Shown here: piece after piece, positions 9,237 through 18,501 of the stretch
Position numbering within the stretch: position 1 is the first letter of the stretch
Layout of the letters: every line of letters starts with the position of its first letter
Origin: a virus
Strand: one strand, 5' to 3'
Virus record (IMG/VR): IMGVR_UViG_3300009370_001778
Span: 15,625-79,624 of that record
DNA: 64,000 bases
Program-made: the position numbers and the translations under genes
Notes under the pieces: model-generated
What the model was told of the DNA's origin: nothing
Databases searched by the model: none
The model's input: the letters and a program-made list of their open reading frames with translations, nothing else

Positions 9237-9869
9237 ATGTATCTAGAATTTTGCAATTACAACAAAAGCTATGTAAACGAGATAGCGGATCAAGTAAAAG
9301 AAATATTTGAAGCTATCAGTCTTGGGTTCGATGGTATTTCCCTACCTTCCTATTTAGCAAACAGGATGTCCGAAGACCTCTCCCCTTTGGATATGTCGGT
9401 GTCTTGTCCAGTGGACTATCCCACCGGAACAAGTAGCAAAAGGGTAAGAGCTCATGAGACCCTATCTATAGCTAAGACCTACGTTAACACTATAGACCTA
9501 GTATTAAATCCTATTTTAGTAAAAGAAGATAAGCTTCTTGATCTAAAAAAAGAAATCGAAACGCATCTTAATATCTGCAAGGATTATGGCTCAACCCTGC
9601 GTGTCGTCATACATCATAATCTCTACTCTTTAAGGAAAAATGTTAGCCTTGCTAGAGTAATAGAAGATGCAGGATGTGAATTTATAATTCCCTCAGCAGG
9701 ATTTCATAATGATGACATATACGACAATTTATTAACATCTAAAGTTATTGAAGATAAAACATCTGTGAAAAGCATTTGCAATGGATATATCTGGCTAAAA
9801 GATCAGTATCAGACGGTTATTGAGTCAAAAGTTCATGGGTTGAGAATATATTCTTTGAATATACTTTAA
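9237..9869 (+). CDS. DeoC (deoxyribose-phosphate aldolase)-like TIM barrel, catalytic Lys apparently absent
   Basis: VDYPTG, IDLVLN, LRVVI, GCEFIIPSAGF (canonical GADFVKTSTGF). Confidence 0.7.
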   Translation: MYLEFCNYNKSYVNEIADQVKEIFEAISLGFDGISLPSYLANRMSEDLSPLDMSVSCPVDYPTGTSSKRVRAHETLSIAKTYVNTIDLVLNPILVKEDKLLDLKKEIETHLNICKDYGSTLRVVIHHNLYSLRKNVSLARVIEDAGCEFIIPSAGFHNDDIYDNLLTSKVIEDKTSVKSICNGYIWLKDQYQTVIESKVHGLRIYSLNIL

Positions 9870-9964
9870 AAACTGTTTTTTAGTGTATAACAAAACAAGG
9901 AATGGATTTTATTTGTTAGGAATTATAGGATTTGTAATAACTCAATAATATAAGGTTATATAAA

Positions 9965-10576
9965 ATGGGTTTTATTACTGATATTACTAATGCCACTCCG
10001 ACGACCGGAACTTTTTACGATGGTCAACCTAGTGGTATGGACAATGATGGTGGATCTATCATGGGTCCAATTTGGGGTGGCGAAGTATTTGCTACAACCC
10101 CTTATGTCAATGCTGTTGCCTTTAGAGCAGCGGACGACATTATAACTGTAGTTTCTGGGGTTCACAATGCAGTATCTAATGCTGCGGGAACTTGGAATTT
10201 TGCAGGTGGAAGTGGCGTTATTGTAAAAGCTACTACATATCTGGGTGGAGTTGCAAATAATGCAGCTGTATTCGGAGCTAGCGATTCTGCTAATGGTGAT
10301 TCAATTCACCAATCTGTAGTACTTAGAAATCGCCTATATAAAACTGCAGTTAGAGCAGGGAACTGGAACGAGTACACAGGTGCTTGGTCTTCCGCTCCAA
10401 CCGTTGCAGATACTGGTGGTTACGACATCGCGGCAGGCTTGGACAATTCCCCAACGCTTAAAGCTAGTGGAACTGACCACGCAGCTAATCCGTCTTCGGC
10501 AAGTCCGGGCGCATTACAATATGATCTTGGTCAGGTTCCAGTACAAACTGGATATCAACCTAGATACTTGTGGTAA
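9965..10576 (+). CDS. Putative virion structural protein (Gly/Ala/Thr-rich)
   Basis: Composition; N-terminus shared with 21487..24222; terminator directly downstream. Confidence 0.55.
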   Translation: MGFITDITNATPTTGTFYDGQPSGMDNDGGSIMGPIWGGEVFATTPYVNAVAFRAADDIITVVSGVHNAVSNAAGTWNFAGGSGVIVKATTYLGGVANNAAVFGASDSANGDSIHQSVVLRNRLYKTAVRAGNWNEYTGAWSSAPTVADTGGYDIAAGLDNSPTLKASGTDHAANPSSASPGALQYDLGQVPVQTGYQPRYLW

Positions 10577-10589
10577 TGTCTTTTTAATT

Positions 10590-10622
10590 AGAGGGGCAAA
10601 GCAATTTGCCTCTCTTTTTTTT
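10590..10622 (+). terminator. Rho-independent terminator
   Basis: agaggggcaaa-gcaa-tttgcctctct followed by a T run. Confidence 0.85.
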
Positions 10623-10647
10623 CACCTAACAACAATGAGAAACAACT

Positions 10648-10953
10648 ATGAAAATTTTAGCCTTTTTGCCACCAGTGCTGGTAGCCGTCGGAGACGTAAT
10701 GCCCGGATTCGACTGGGGAACAATCTCCGCCACGGGACTATTGGGTTGGTATCTCTGGTACACGACAAAGGTTGTCTTTCCAAACCACCAAAAAAGAGTT
10801 GGAGAAATGCAGGAAAGTTTTACCGAGCAGTTTAATATACAAAGAGAACACTATGAGAACATCATTGAAGATGTTCAGGTCAGACAAGATAAAAGACACG
10901 AACAAATTGTAGAAACTCTAGAAAAAATTAATGATTCTTTAGACAAAGATTAA
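10648..10953 (+). CDS. Membrane protein with coiled-coil tail, holin-like
   Basis: Hydrophobic N-terminal segments followed by a heptad-rich helix. Confidence 0.5.
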   Translation: MKILAFLPPVLVAVGDVMPGFDWGTISATGLLGWYLWYTTKVVFPNHQKRVGEMQESFTEQFNIQREHYENIIEDVQVRQDKRHEQIVETLEKINDSLDKD

Positions 10954-11004
10954 TAAATGAGGTATAATATACTATGTCAATATTTTTTTTAAAGGAGACA
11001 TCGA

Positions 11005-11178
11005 ATGGTTGAAAAGCTAAAAGGCTTATTTAAATCACGCCGCTTTTGGACGGCCTTTGCTAGTGTAGTCGTAGTAGTTTTACACGACAGCTTTGGAATT
11101 CCAGAAGAAACAGCGAACACTATCGCCGCAATTGGCGTTAGTTGGATCGTTGGCGACTCGCTTAGAATTACAGAATAA
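11005..11178 (+). CDS. Putative holin (57 aa), not in the ORF track
   Basis: AAGGAG SD; MVEKLKGLFKSRRFWTAFASVVVVV...IAAIGVSWIVGDS has a KSRxFW motif and 2 hydrophobic segments. Confidence 0.6.
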   Translation: MVEKLKGLFKSRRFWTAFASVVVVVLHDSFGIPEETANTIAAIGVSWIVGDSLRITE

Positions 11179-11195
11179 AATGGATTTTGTTCCAC

Positions 11196-11227
11196 AAAGG
11201 GGGGTGATTTTTTCGCCCCCCTTTTTT
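11196..11227 (+). terminator. Rho-independent terminator
   Basis: aaaggggggtga-ttttt-tcgcccccc followed by a T run. Confidence 0.85.
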
Positions 11228-11256
11228 ATTACCCCACCTTTTTTCAGGAAATAGTT

Positions 11257-11445
11257 ATGGACATAGATAGAGGAGAAATTGCATTTACTAGAGATATATA
11301 TCCCGACATAGCAAAACTCTACGCCAGCAAAAAGTGTAAGACATGTTATGGAAGAGGACTTATATCAATAAGGTATCCCGGAGAAAATGCTAATAGAAAA
11401 AATTATTGCGGATGTGTTGACAAAAATATGAGTAAGGAACAGTAA
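11257..11445 (+). CDS. Small Zn-finger protein (CxxCxGxG...CxC)
   Basis: CKTCYGRG...YCGC. Confidence 0.6.
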   Translation: MDIDRGEIAFTRDIYPDIAKLYASKKCKTCYGRGLISIRYPGENANRKNYCGCVDKNMSKEQ

Positions 11446-11472
11446 CCACTTTTCTAGTGGTGTATAATCTTA

Positions 11473-11662
11473 TGTCTGGAGAAAACTGAGCGAATACAAA
11501 AACAATTTCGCTAAAGCGACACTTCTCTAGATAATGCACTAGTTTTTCATTTAGGTTCGAAACTTTTTTGGCTCCGTTCCCAGCGAACAGGATGTAAAAC
11601 CCTCCCCAAGTGTCGCTTTTTAAAACACCAATTCTCGCCCTCCCAAAAAGGGCGAGTTTTTT
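11473..11662 (+). ncRNA. Candidate structured RNA / attenuator upstream of nrdA
   Basis: GTGTATAAT just upstream; helices 11473-83/11523-33 and a perfect 12-bp 11513-24/11608-19; ends in a terminator. Confidence 0.45.
11634..11662 (+). terminator. Rho-independent terminator ~95 nt upstream of nrdA
   Basis: ctcgccct-cccaaaa-agggcgag-tttttt. Confidence 0.8.
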
Positions 11663-11755
11663 ATTATTATACAGAGTATTTTTCGCGAACCCAGCGTTTG
11701 TAGTGGTACTATTTAGTAGTGATATCAATAATAACGATCATGCTCAGGGTTTAAT

Positions 11756-14203
11756 ATGTCAGCAAAAAGTAAGCAAGTAAAAAAACGCAACGGGAGATTG
11801 GAAGAATTAAATTTAGATAAAATTAATGAGTGTGCGGAAAGAGCCTGTGAGGGGCTAGAAGAAGTTTCTGTTAGCGAAATAGTATTAGACGCTAGTCTTC
11901 AGCTCTATGACAAAATACCAACAAAAGATATAGACAAAGCGTTAATTCTATCGTCTCGGTCTAAGATTGAGAAAGAGCCAAGCTATGCATATGTCGCAGC
12001 AAGGTTACTCCTCAACAATTTATATAAAGAGGTTTTTGGAGAGGGTGTTGACAGTGAGGTATTTCAACAACAATATAAAAAATCATTTATTCAAAACATA
12101 AAGAGGCTTGTAAAAGCAGAAAGACTTAGCGAAGATCTACTATCTTATGATCTTGACCTTTTATCAGACCACATTTCTCCAGAAAGAGACGGTCTTTTTA
12201 AGTACTTGGGTATTCAAACCCTATATGATCGATACTTCATACACATAGACCAAAGAAGGATGGAGACTCCTCAGGGTTTCTATATGCGAGTAGCAATGGG
12301 GCTTTGTTTAAATGAAGAAAACAAAGAAGACAAGGCTATTGAAATATACAATATGATGTCTGAGTTTAGATACTCTCCGTCTACCCCCACTCTATTTAAT
12401 AGTGGAACACAGAGATCTCAGCTTTCATCATGTTATCTCAGCACTGTTGATGATTCGATAGACGGTATTTTTGGAACCATTCATGGACAGGCTAGACTTT
12501 CTAAGTACGCAGGAGGCCTTGGAGTTGACTGGACTCCTGTTAGATCCTCTGGATCGTATATACATGGAACCAATGGCAACTCATCAGGACTTGTTCCTTG
12601 GCTCAAAATATTCAATGACACCCTAGTAGGTGTGAATCAAGGGGGTAAACGCAAAGGCGCTGGCTGTGCCTATCTAGAAGTTTGGCATCTTGATGTTGAA
12701 GACTTCCTCGAATTAAGAAAAAACACGGGTGATGACAGGCGTAGATGTCATGACATGAATACAGCCCTGTGGGTTTGTGATGAGTTTATGGAACATGTTT
12801 CCAAAGAAAAAGATTGGTATCTTTTTGATCCCGCAGAATGTCCAGACCTGCACGAAACTTACGGCGAAAAATTTTCAAAGCTTTATGGGCATTATAAAAA
12901 AATGGCAGATGAGGGTGAGATCAAAAGCTTTATTAAGATACCAGCTAAAGACCTCTGGAAGAAGTGTCTTAAGTCCTTGTTTGAAACAGGACATCCTTGG
13001 ATTACTTTTAAAGACCCCTCTAATATACGGTACTCAAACAAACACGCTGGAGTAGTGCACTCGTCTAACTTGTGCACAGAGATACTTCTGCATACCAAGC
13101 CCACCACATATCACGAAGGGGAGGTAGTAGAGAGAGGAGAGACTGCTGTATGCAATCTGGCTAGTATAAATCTAGCCAATCACATTAAAGTAAGAACAGT
13201 TGATTGGAAAAAACTAAAAGAGACTATTGAGGTTGCAGTAAGAGGGCTCGACAACGTTATAGATATTAATTTTTATCCTACAGATGAAGCAAGAACCTCT
13301 AATATAAAAAATAGACCTATTGGTCTTGGCATTATGGGAACCCATGACCTTCTCCACAAACTGGGAATTTTCTATGACTCGAAAGAGGCAGTTGAGCTAT
13401 GTGACAAAGTGCAGGAATTTATCTCTCTTCACGCAATCAGAACCTCTGCGATTCTCGCTAAAGAGAGGGGGACATACCCTTCCTTTGGGGGGTCTGAATG
13501 GGATAAAGGAAACTTTCCTATTGACACCTTTTGTGAGTTAATGTCTGAAAGAAATCCCGGAGGGGTAGCGGATGACAAGGTGTCCTTTGAGACCCTAGAG
13601 GAATGGGATAACGTTAGAGAGCTGGTCTCACAATATGGAATGAGGAACTCAAACGTCATGGCTATTGCTCCAACAGCAACCATATCATATATACAGGGGT
13701 GCTCTCAATCAATCGAACCAGACTACTCAGTTCTTTTTGTGTACTCCACACTCAGTGGGGAATTTACAATGATAAACGAACATTTTGTTACTGCTGCGAA
13801 AAAAGAGGGAATCTGGTCACAGGCTCTGGTAGATGCACTTAAGAGCGTAGATGGAGATGTAACAGCCTTGGTTGATTTAGATGATGATCTAAAAGATAGA
13901 TTTAAAAATGCTTTTGACATGGATTTTCATACAATTATAGAAGCCGCTGCTGCAAGACAGAAATGGATTGACATGGGACAGTCCTTAAATCTTTATAATA
14001 AACATGAAAGTCTTAAATATCTGAACGATATGTACCTTTATGCGTGGGAAAAGGGGTTAAAAACAACCTATTACTTAAGAAGTAAGGCCGCAACTAGACT
14101 AGAAAAATCAACTATTTCTGACATAAACACTAAGAATGGGGGTATAATTAATGAGCCGAAGGCTTGTTCTATTCTAGATCCCGGATGTGAAAGCTGTCAA
14201 TGA
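11756..14203 (+). CDS. nrdA: Class I ribonucleotide reductase alpha subunit with ATP-cone
   Basis: VKKRNG ATP cone, TPTLFN, SSCY, SNLCTEI, APTATIS, KTTYYLR, C-terminal CESCQ. Confidence 0.97.
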   Translation: MSAKSKQVKKRNGRLEELNLDKINECAERACEGLEEVSVSEIVLDASLQLYDKIPTKDIDKALILSSRSKIEKEPSYAYVAARLLLNNLYKEVFGEGVDSEVFQQQYKKSFIQNIKRLVKAERLSEDLLSYDLDLLSDHISPERDGLFKYLGIQTLYDRYFIHIDQRRMETPQGFYMRVAMGLCLNEENKEDKAIEIYNMMSEFRYSPSTPTLFNSGTQRSQLSSCYLSTVDDSIDGIFGTIHGQARLSKYAGGLGVDWTPVRSSGSYIHGTNGNSSGLVPWLKIFNDTLVGVNQGGKRKGAGCAYLEVWHLDVEDFLELRKNTGDDRRRCHDMNTALWVCDEFMEHVSKEKDWYLFDPAECPDLHETYGEKFSKLYGHYKKMADEGEIKSFIKIPAKDLWKKCLKSLFETGHPWITFKDPSNIRYSNKHAGVVHSSNLCTEILLHTKPTTYHEGEVVERGETAVCNLASINLANHIKVRTVDWKKLKETIEVAVRGLDNVIDINFYPTDEARTSNIKNRPIGLGIMGTHDLLHKLGIFYDSKEAVELCDKVQEFISLHAIRTSAILAKERGTYPSFGGSEWDKGNFPIDTFCELMSERNPGGVADDKVSFETLEEWDNVRELVSQYGMRNSNVMAIAPTATISYIQGCSQSIEPDYSVLFVYSTLSGEFTMINEHFVTAAKKEGIWSQALVDALKSVDGDVTALVDLDDDLKDRFKNAFDMDFHTIIEAAAARQKWIDMGQSLNLYNKHESLKYLNDMYLYAWEKGLKTTYYLRSKAATRLEKSTISDINTKNGGIINEPKACSILDPGCESCQ

Positions 14204-14337
14204 TATTTCAAGAATACAGACAGTCACCTACTTCCCCATTGAAGTATGTAGTTGAATTGACTCCTGAGGAATTGGAAAAAGTGAAAGACTTAGTGTTTCA
14301 GATAATTAAAAGAATAAAAGAAGATGAAAAAAACTAA
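14200..14337 (+). CDS. Small hypothetical protein (45 aa) between nrdA and nrdB, not in the ORF track
   Basis: ATGA overlap with nrdA; its end overlaps the nrdB start. Confidence 0.5.
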   Translation: MIFQEYRQSPTSPLKYVVELTPEELEKVKDLVFQIIKRIKEDEKN

Positions 14338-15331
14338 AGAAATTATATCAGATAAGGTATCTGTTGTAAATCAGATCCTCCCCCATGTCAACAAATGGGC
14401 TTGGGACTTGTTTATTGATGGAGCAGCCAACAACTGGATGCCTACAGAAATTTCTATGGCAAAAGATATAGAGCAATGGAAGTCAAGTCTTCTTTCTGAA
14501 GACGAAAAGCTCGTAGTCAAGAGATGCCTAGGGTTCTTTGCTGGCTCAGAGTCCCTAGTGGCAAATAACTTGTTACTAAGCGTCTTTAAGTTTGTCACAG
14601 ATCCAGAATGTCGTCAGTATATACTCAGGCAGGCATATGAAGAAAGCCTTCACAACCTTACGGTGGTTTATATTTGTGATTCTCTCAATCTCGATATCAA
14701 TGAAGTATATGAGGCATACAACTCTATTCCAAGTATAAAAGCAAAAGACGACTTCTTAATGAATATCACAACTGATATCAATCGTCCAGACTTTAATATA
14801 AATACCATAGAAGGCAAAAGAGAATTTCTCCGTAACATTATTACATACTATGTTATCTGTGAAGGCATCTTCTTCTTCTCTGGATTTGCCATGTTGCTTT
14901 CTTTCAATAGACAAAACAAGCTTCCGGGAGTTGGAGAACAAATACAGTATACCCTAAGAGATGAAAGTTTGCACATCAAGTTTGGCACCGAGCTTATAAA
15001 GAGAATTAAAGAAGATAATCCAAAGGTGTGGACAAAAGCTTTTGAAAAAGAGACTTTGGCCCACATAGAAACTGCTATGGAGCTTGAGTTAGCATACGCA
15101 AGAGAGGTTCTTCCTACTGGTATATTGGGGCTTAATTCGGACATGTTTATTGATTATGTCCAGTATATTGCTGACAGAAGGCTTGTGAATCTTGGTCTAG
15201 ACTCCCCGTTCGGAGAAGCTAAAAACCCATTTCCTTGGATGAGTGAAATCATTGACTTAGAAAAGTGCAAGAACTTCTTTGAGACACGAGTAACGGAATA
15301 TTCCGTAGGCACGCTAGTTGACGACTTTTAG
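14324..15331 (+). CDS. nrdB: Ribonucleotide reductase beta subunit, class Ic (R2c-type)
   Basis: FFAGSESLV, EESLHNLTV, EGIFF, RDESLH, NFFETRVTEY. Confidence 0.95.
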   Translation: MKKTKEIISDKVSVVNQILPHVNKWAWDLFIDGAANNWMPTEISMAKDIEQWKSSLLSEDEKLVVKRCLGFFAGSESLVANNLLLSVFKFVTDPECRQYILRQAYEESLHNLTVVYICDSLNLDINEVYEAYNSIPSIKAKDDFLMNITTDINRPDFNINTIEGKREFLRNIITYYVICEGIFFFSGFAMLLSFNRQNKLPGVGEQIQYTLRDESLHIKFGTELIKRIKEDNPKVWTKAFEKETLAHIETAMELELAYAREVLPTGILGLNSDMFIDYVQYIADRRLVNLGLDSPFGEAKNPFPWMSEIIDLEKCKNFFETRVTEYSVGTLVDDF

Positions 15332-15375
15332 GTGTATATTTAGGTAGAACTCTACCTTTTATTCTGGAGCTAGCT

Positions 15376-16623
15376 ATGATTGATTTCGTTTTTGACAGAA
15401 GGAACTTATTAAGAATAGGATCTATAGGAGCTGGAATGTCTGCGATGGGACTTTCCGACTATACCTTTGCACAAGATGGAGCTGTTGCATATAAAGATAA
15501 GACAGTGGTCTGGCTATGGCTTGGAGGAGGCCCAACTCAATTTGAGACATTTCACGCCCCATTAGACAATACTCCTTCAGAATGGCAGCCAGTAAATGGA
15601 AGGATATATGATTCAAAAACTAACATCTCTCTTGGAGCTGATTGGCAAGAGCTTTCCAAGCATACGAGCAAACTGAACGTAGTAAATTCCTTCAGTCATA
15701 AAGACTCTTCCCATAGACAGGGGACGCACTTTATGATGACCGGACATTACAATCCAGACAGAACCACTACTTCTATGGCAAAGCATCCTTCTTTTGGGTC
15801 TGTTGTATCCGCTTGTTATGGAACTAATAATCCAGAAAATGGGGTGCCTACCTATGTCAAGCAGGGCAAAATAGAAGGGGATGAAGGCTCTTGGCTTGGA
15901 GGGGCATACAAACCCTTTGACCCATCAAACAAAGACAACCTTACACCCAGAATAGAAATAGATAGATTTACCAATAGAAAGAACCTACTAAACGCTATTG
16001 ATGCAACGAGAGTCTCTGGTAACGGAGCAGCATCCTCAGAGTTTTATAAGAGCCAAGCCTATGATGTAATCCTTGGGTCAGCTAAAGACGCTTTTAATCT
16101 AGATAAAGAAGACGAAAAAACAAAAGCTCTTTACGGATCTGACTCTATAGGAAATCAGCTGCTGCTCGCCAGAAGACTAGCTGAGTATGGGACTCGTTTC
16201 ATAACCCTTACTTATGGCGGATGGGATATGCATAGCAATATCTCTACAGCTATGAAAACTAAGGCTCCTCCAATTGATAAGGCTATAGCTGGATTCCTAC
16301 AAGACGTTTGGGATCGTGGACTAAGTGAAAAAATCATTCTTGTTGTTACTGGTGAGTTTGGAAGAACCAAATTCAACGCAAACTCGGGTAGAGATCACTG
16401 GCCTTCAATTACCCCAATGCTTATGGCTGGTGGAGAATACCAATCCGGTAGAACGATTGGCGCAGCAGACAGATCATATAGCCCAATAGAAAACCCTGTT
16501 GGCCCTCTTGATCTTCAAGCAACCCTGTTCGATCATTTTGGGATAGATAAAAATACACAAAGAGTAGACAATGGTGGACGACCAAGATATTTACTTGAAG
16601 GAGAAGCAAAGGTCATACTATAA
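15376..16623 (+). CDS. DUF1501 family protein, copy 1 (Tat-like RR motif)
   Basis: DRRNLL, WLGGGPTQFETF, LLARRLAEYG, GWDMH, GEFGRT, GRDHW. Confidence 0.92.
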   Translation: MIDFVFDRRNLLRIGSIGAGMSAMGLSDYTFAQDGAVAYKDKTVVWLWLGGGPTQFETFHAPLDNTPSEWQPVNGRIYDSKTNISLGADWQELSKHTSKLNVVNSFSHKDSSHRQGTHFMMTGHYNPDRTTTSMAKHPSFGSVVSACYGTNNPENGVPTYVKQGKIEGDEGSWLGGAYKPFDPSNKDNLTPRIEIDRFTNRKNLLNAIDATRVSGNGAASSEFYKSQAYDVILGSAKDAFNLDKEDEKTKALYGSDSIGNQLLLARRLAEYGTRFITLTYGGWDMHSNISTAMKTKAPPIDKAIAGFLQDVWDRGLSEKIILVVTGEFGRTKFNANSGRDHWPSITPMLMAGGEYQSGRTIGAADRSYSPIENPVGPLDLQATLFDHFGIDKNTQRVDNGGRPRYLLEGEAKVIL

Positions 16624-16634
16624 AGGGAGTTAAA

Positions 16635-16751
16635 ATGAAATTTTTAAAACCATTAATGGCCGCTTTTCATCTTTCGGGTATAATATTTTTTTTAGTCGCG
16701 TCGGCTATTTTTTTGTTAGCTTGGTTAAAACTGGGTTGGATTTTTGGTTAG
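16635..16751 (+). CDS. Small single-TM protein (38 aa), not in the ORF track
   Basis: GGGAG SD; hydrophobic stretch. Confidence 0.45.
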   Translation: MKFLKPLMAAFHLSGIIFFLVASAIFLLAWLKLGWIFG

Positions 16752-16778
16752 TACTAGAAGATAGGTAGAGGTAATTTT

Positions 16779-17195
16779 ATGATGCTTGAATATGTTAAAG
16801 AATATTTTAAGCTTAAGGCAAAGGCCAAAAAGGATATGTTCGATAATCCTGAAGAGGCTAAAAAACGAGGAAAAGAACTAGGAGTTGAAGGTGTGCATAC
16901 CCACAAGGATGATACCGGAAAGACTGTATATATGCCCGGGAAAAGCCATGAGGAGTACATGAAGGCTCTCAGGAAAAAAGAGGCCGAAGCTCTACATCCT
17001 GCCTTTAAAAAAATCATCGAGGGCGAGGAGGGGTCACGACCTGATCCTAGCTCAGCTGGTTATAAATATGAGGACCCAAGGACAGGAGAGATTTTTACCT
17101 TTAAAAGAAGAGGGGTCTACAAAAAGAATGGCAGAATTCTTATTTTTGTTTCTAAATCAGATAAGAATAAGGGCAGTTCAAAGGATACAAAATGA
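16779..17195 (+). CDS. Hypothetical phage protein with a GxHxH...YMP..H (DUF3721-like) motif
   Basis: EEAKKRGKELGVEGVHTH...YMPGKSH. Confidence 0.55.
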   Translation: MMLEYVKEYFKLKAKAKKDMFDNPEEAKKRGKELGVEGVHTHKDDTGKTVYMPGKSHEEYMKALRKKEAEALHPAFKKIIEGEEGSRPDPSSAGYKYEDPRTGEIFTFKRRGVYKKNGRILIFVSKSDKNKGSSKDTK

Positions 17196-18496
17196 GTTAT
17201 AAAAAAGATTTAGGTCGCCGCTCGTTTATGCAGGTGGGATTTTTAGGAGGGCTAGGACTTAGTTTATCGGACTATTTAAAAATAAAAGAAGCCCAAGCAG
17301 ATCAGAAGTTCTACGAAAGTAAAGAGGGGCCAGCCAAGTCCGTCATCTACATCTATCTTCCCGGTGGATGTGCTCATCAGGAAACATGGGACCCCAAGCC
17401 ATTTGCCCCTATTGAATATCGTGGCCCAATGGGTAGTATTGAAACCAATATTGTGGGCACTCGACTCAATGAGACTATGGTCAATACTGCAAAGGTAGCG
17501 GACAAGATTGCGATTTGCCGCAGTATGACCCATGGTGAAGCCGCCCACGAACGTGGCACTCACAACATGTTTACTGGGTATCGTCCTAGTCCAGCCCTAC
17601 AATACCCCTCTATAGGTTCTGTAGTTTCTCATGAGTTTGGGCCACGTCAAAATCTCCCTCCTTACGTATGCATTCCAGACCAGCCGAACGAATTTGCTGG
17701 TACGGGATATCTCAGCAGTTCATTCTCAGGATTCAGCTTAGGCTCAGACCCAGCTAGCGATAGTTTCCAAGTTAGAGATCTTAGACTGCCGGGAGGAGTA
17801 GACGATAGCCGCTTCAGTAAACGTCGGAATATGTTAAATACTGTTAATGATTATTTTGCCACCAAAGAAAAGTCCGACTCTCTAGATGCTGTAGATTCTT
17901 TCTATGATAGGGCTTACAGTCTTATAAGTAGCGAAAAAGCACGAAATGCATTTGATATAAACAAAGAAGATGGTGCCGTGCGAGATAAGTATGGTCGCAA
18001 CACGGCAGGCGCTCGCATGTTGCTTGCTCGTCGCCTCATAGAAGCAGGAACTCGTTTTGTATCTCTTACCTACGGTGGCTGGGACATGCATAACAATATT
18101 GAAAATTCAATGAAGGGTCAGCTTCCTGCATTTGATCAAGGGTTTGCTGCACTTATAGAAGACTTAGACCAAAGAGGATTATTAGATTCAACTCTGGTTT
18201 GTGTTGCTTCTGAATTTGGGAGAACCCCAAAGATTAACGCGACAGCAGGAAGAGACCATTGGCCAAAAGTCTTTAGCGTTGTGATGGCTGGAGGAGGAAT
18301 CAAAAAAGGTATTGTGCATGGGTCATCTAACGCAACAGCTAGTGAGCCAGAAGACAGTCCTCTAACAGTCAAAGACTGGGCCACCACCATATATGATAGG
18401 CTAGGTATCGTCTCTGATAAAGAGCTAATGGCTCCCGGAGATCGCCCTATTGAAATTGTTGATGGCGGAAAAACCGTACAAGAATTAATTATTTAA
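17192..18496 (+). CDS. DUF1501 family protein, copy 2 (Tat-like RR motif)
   Basis: GRRSFM, LPGGCAHQETWDPKP, RSMTH..AHERG, GWDMH, EFGRTPKIN, GRDHW. Confidence 0.95.
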   Translation: MSYKKDLGRRSFMQVGFLGGLGLSLSDYLKIKEAQADQKFYESKEGPAKSVIYIYLPGGCAHQETWDPKPFAPIEYRGPMGSIETNIVGTRLNETMVNTAKVADKIAICRSMTHGEAAHERGTHNMFTGYRPSPALQYPSIGSVVSHEFGPRQNLPPYVCIPDQPNEFAGTGYLSSSFSGFSLGSDPASDSFQVRDLRLPGGVDDSRFSKRRNMLNTVNDYFATKEKSDSLDAVDSFYDRAYSLISSEKARNAFDINKEDGAVRDKYGRNTAGARMLLARRLIEAGTRFVSLTYGGWDMHNNIENSMKGQLPAFDQGFAALIEDLDQRGLLDSTLVCVASEFGRTPKINATAGRDHWPKVFSVVMAGGGIKKGIVHGSSNATASEPEDSPLTVKDWATTIYDRLGIVSDKELMAPGDRPIEIVDGGKTVQELII

Positions 18497-18501
18497 CGTG
18501 A

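Noticed and set aside
11700-11725. NrdR box upstream of nrdA
   Set aside because: Only a weak AT-rich palindrome, a poor match to the consensus and not tandem
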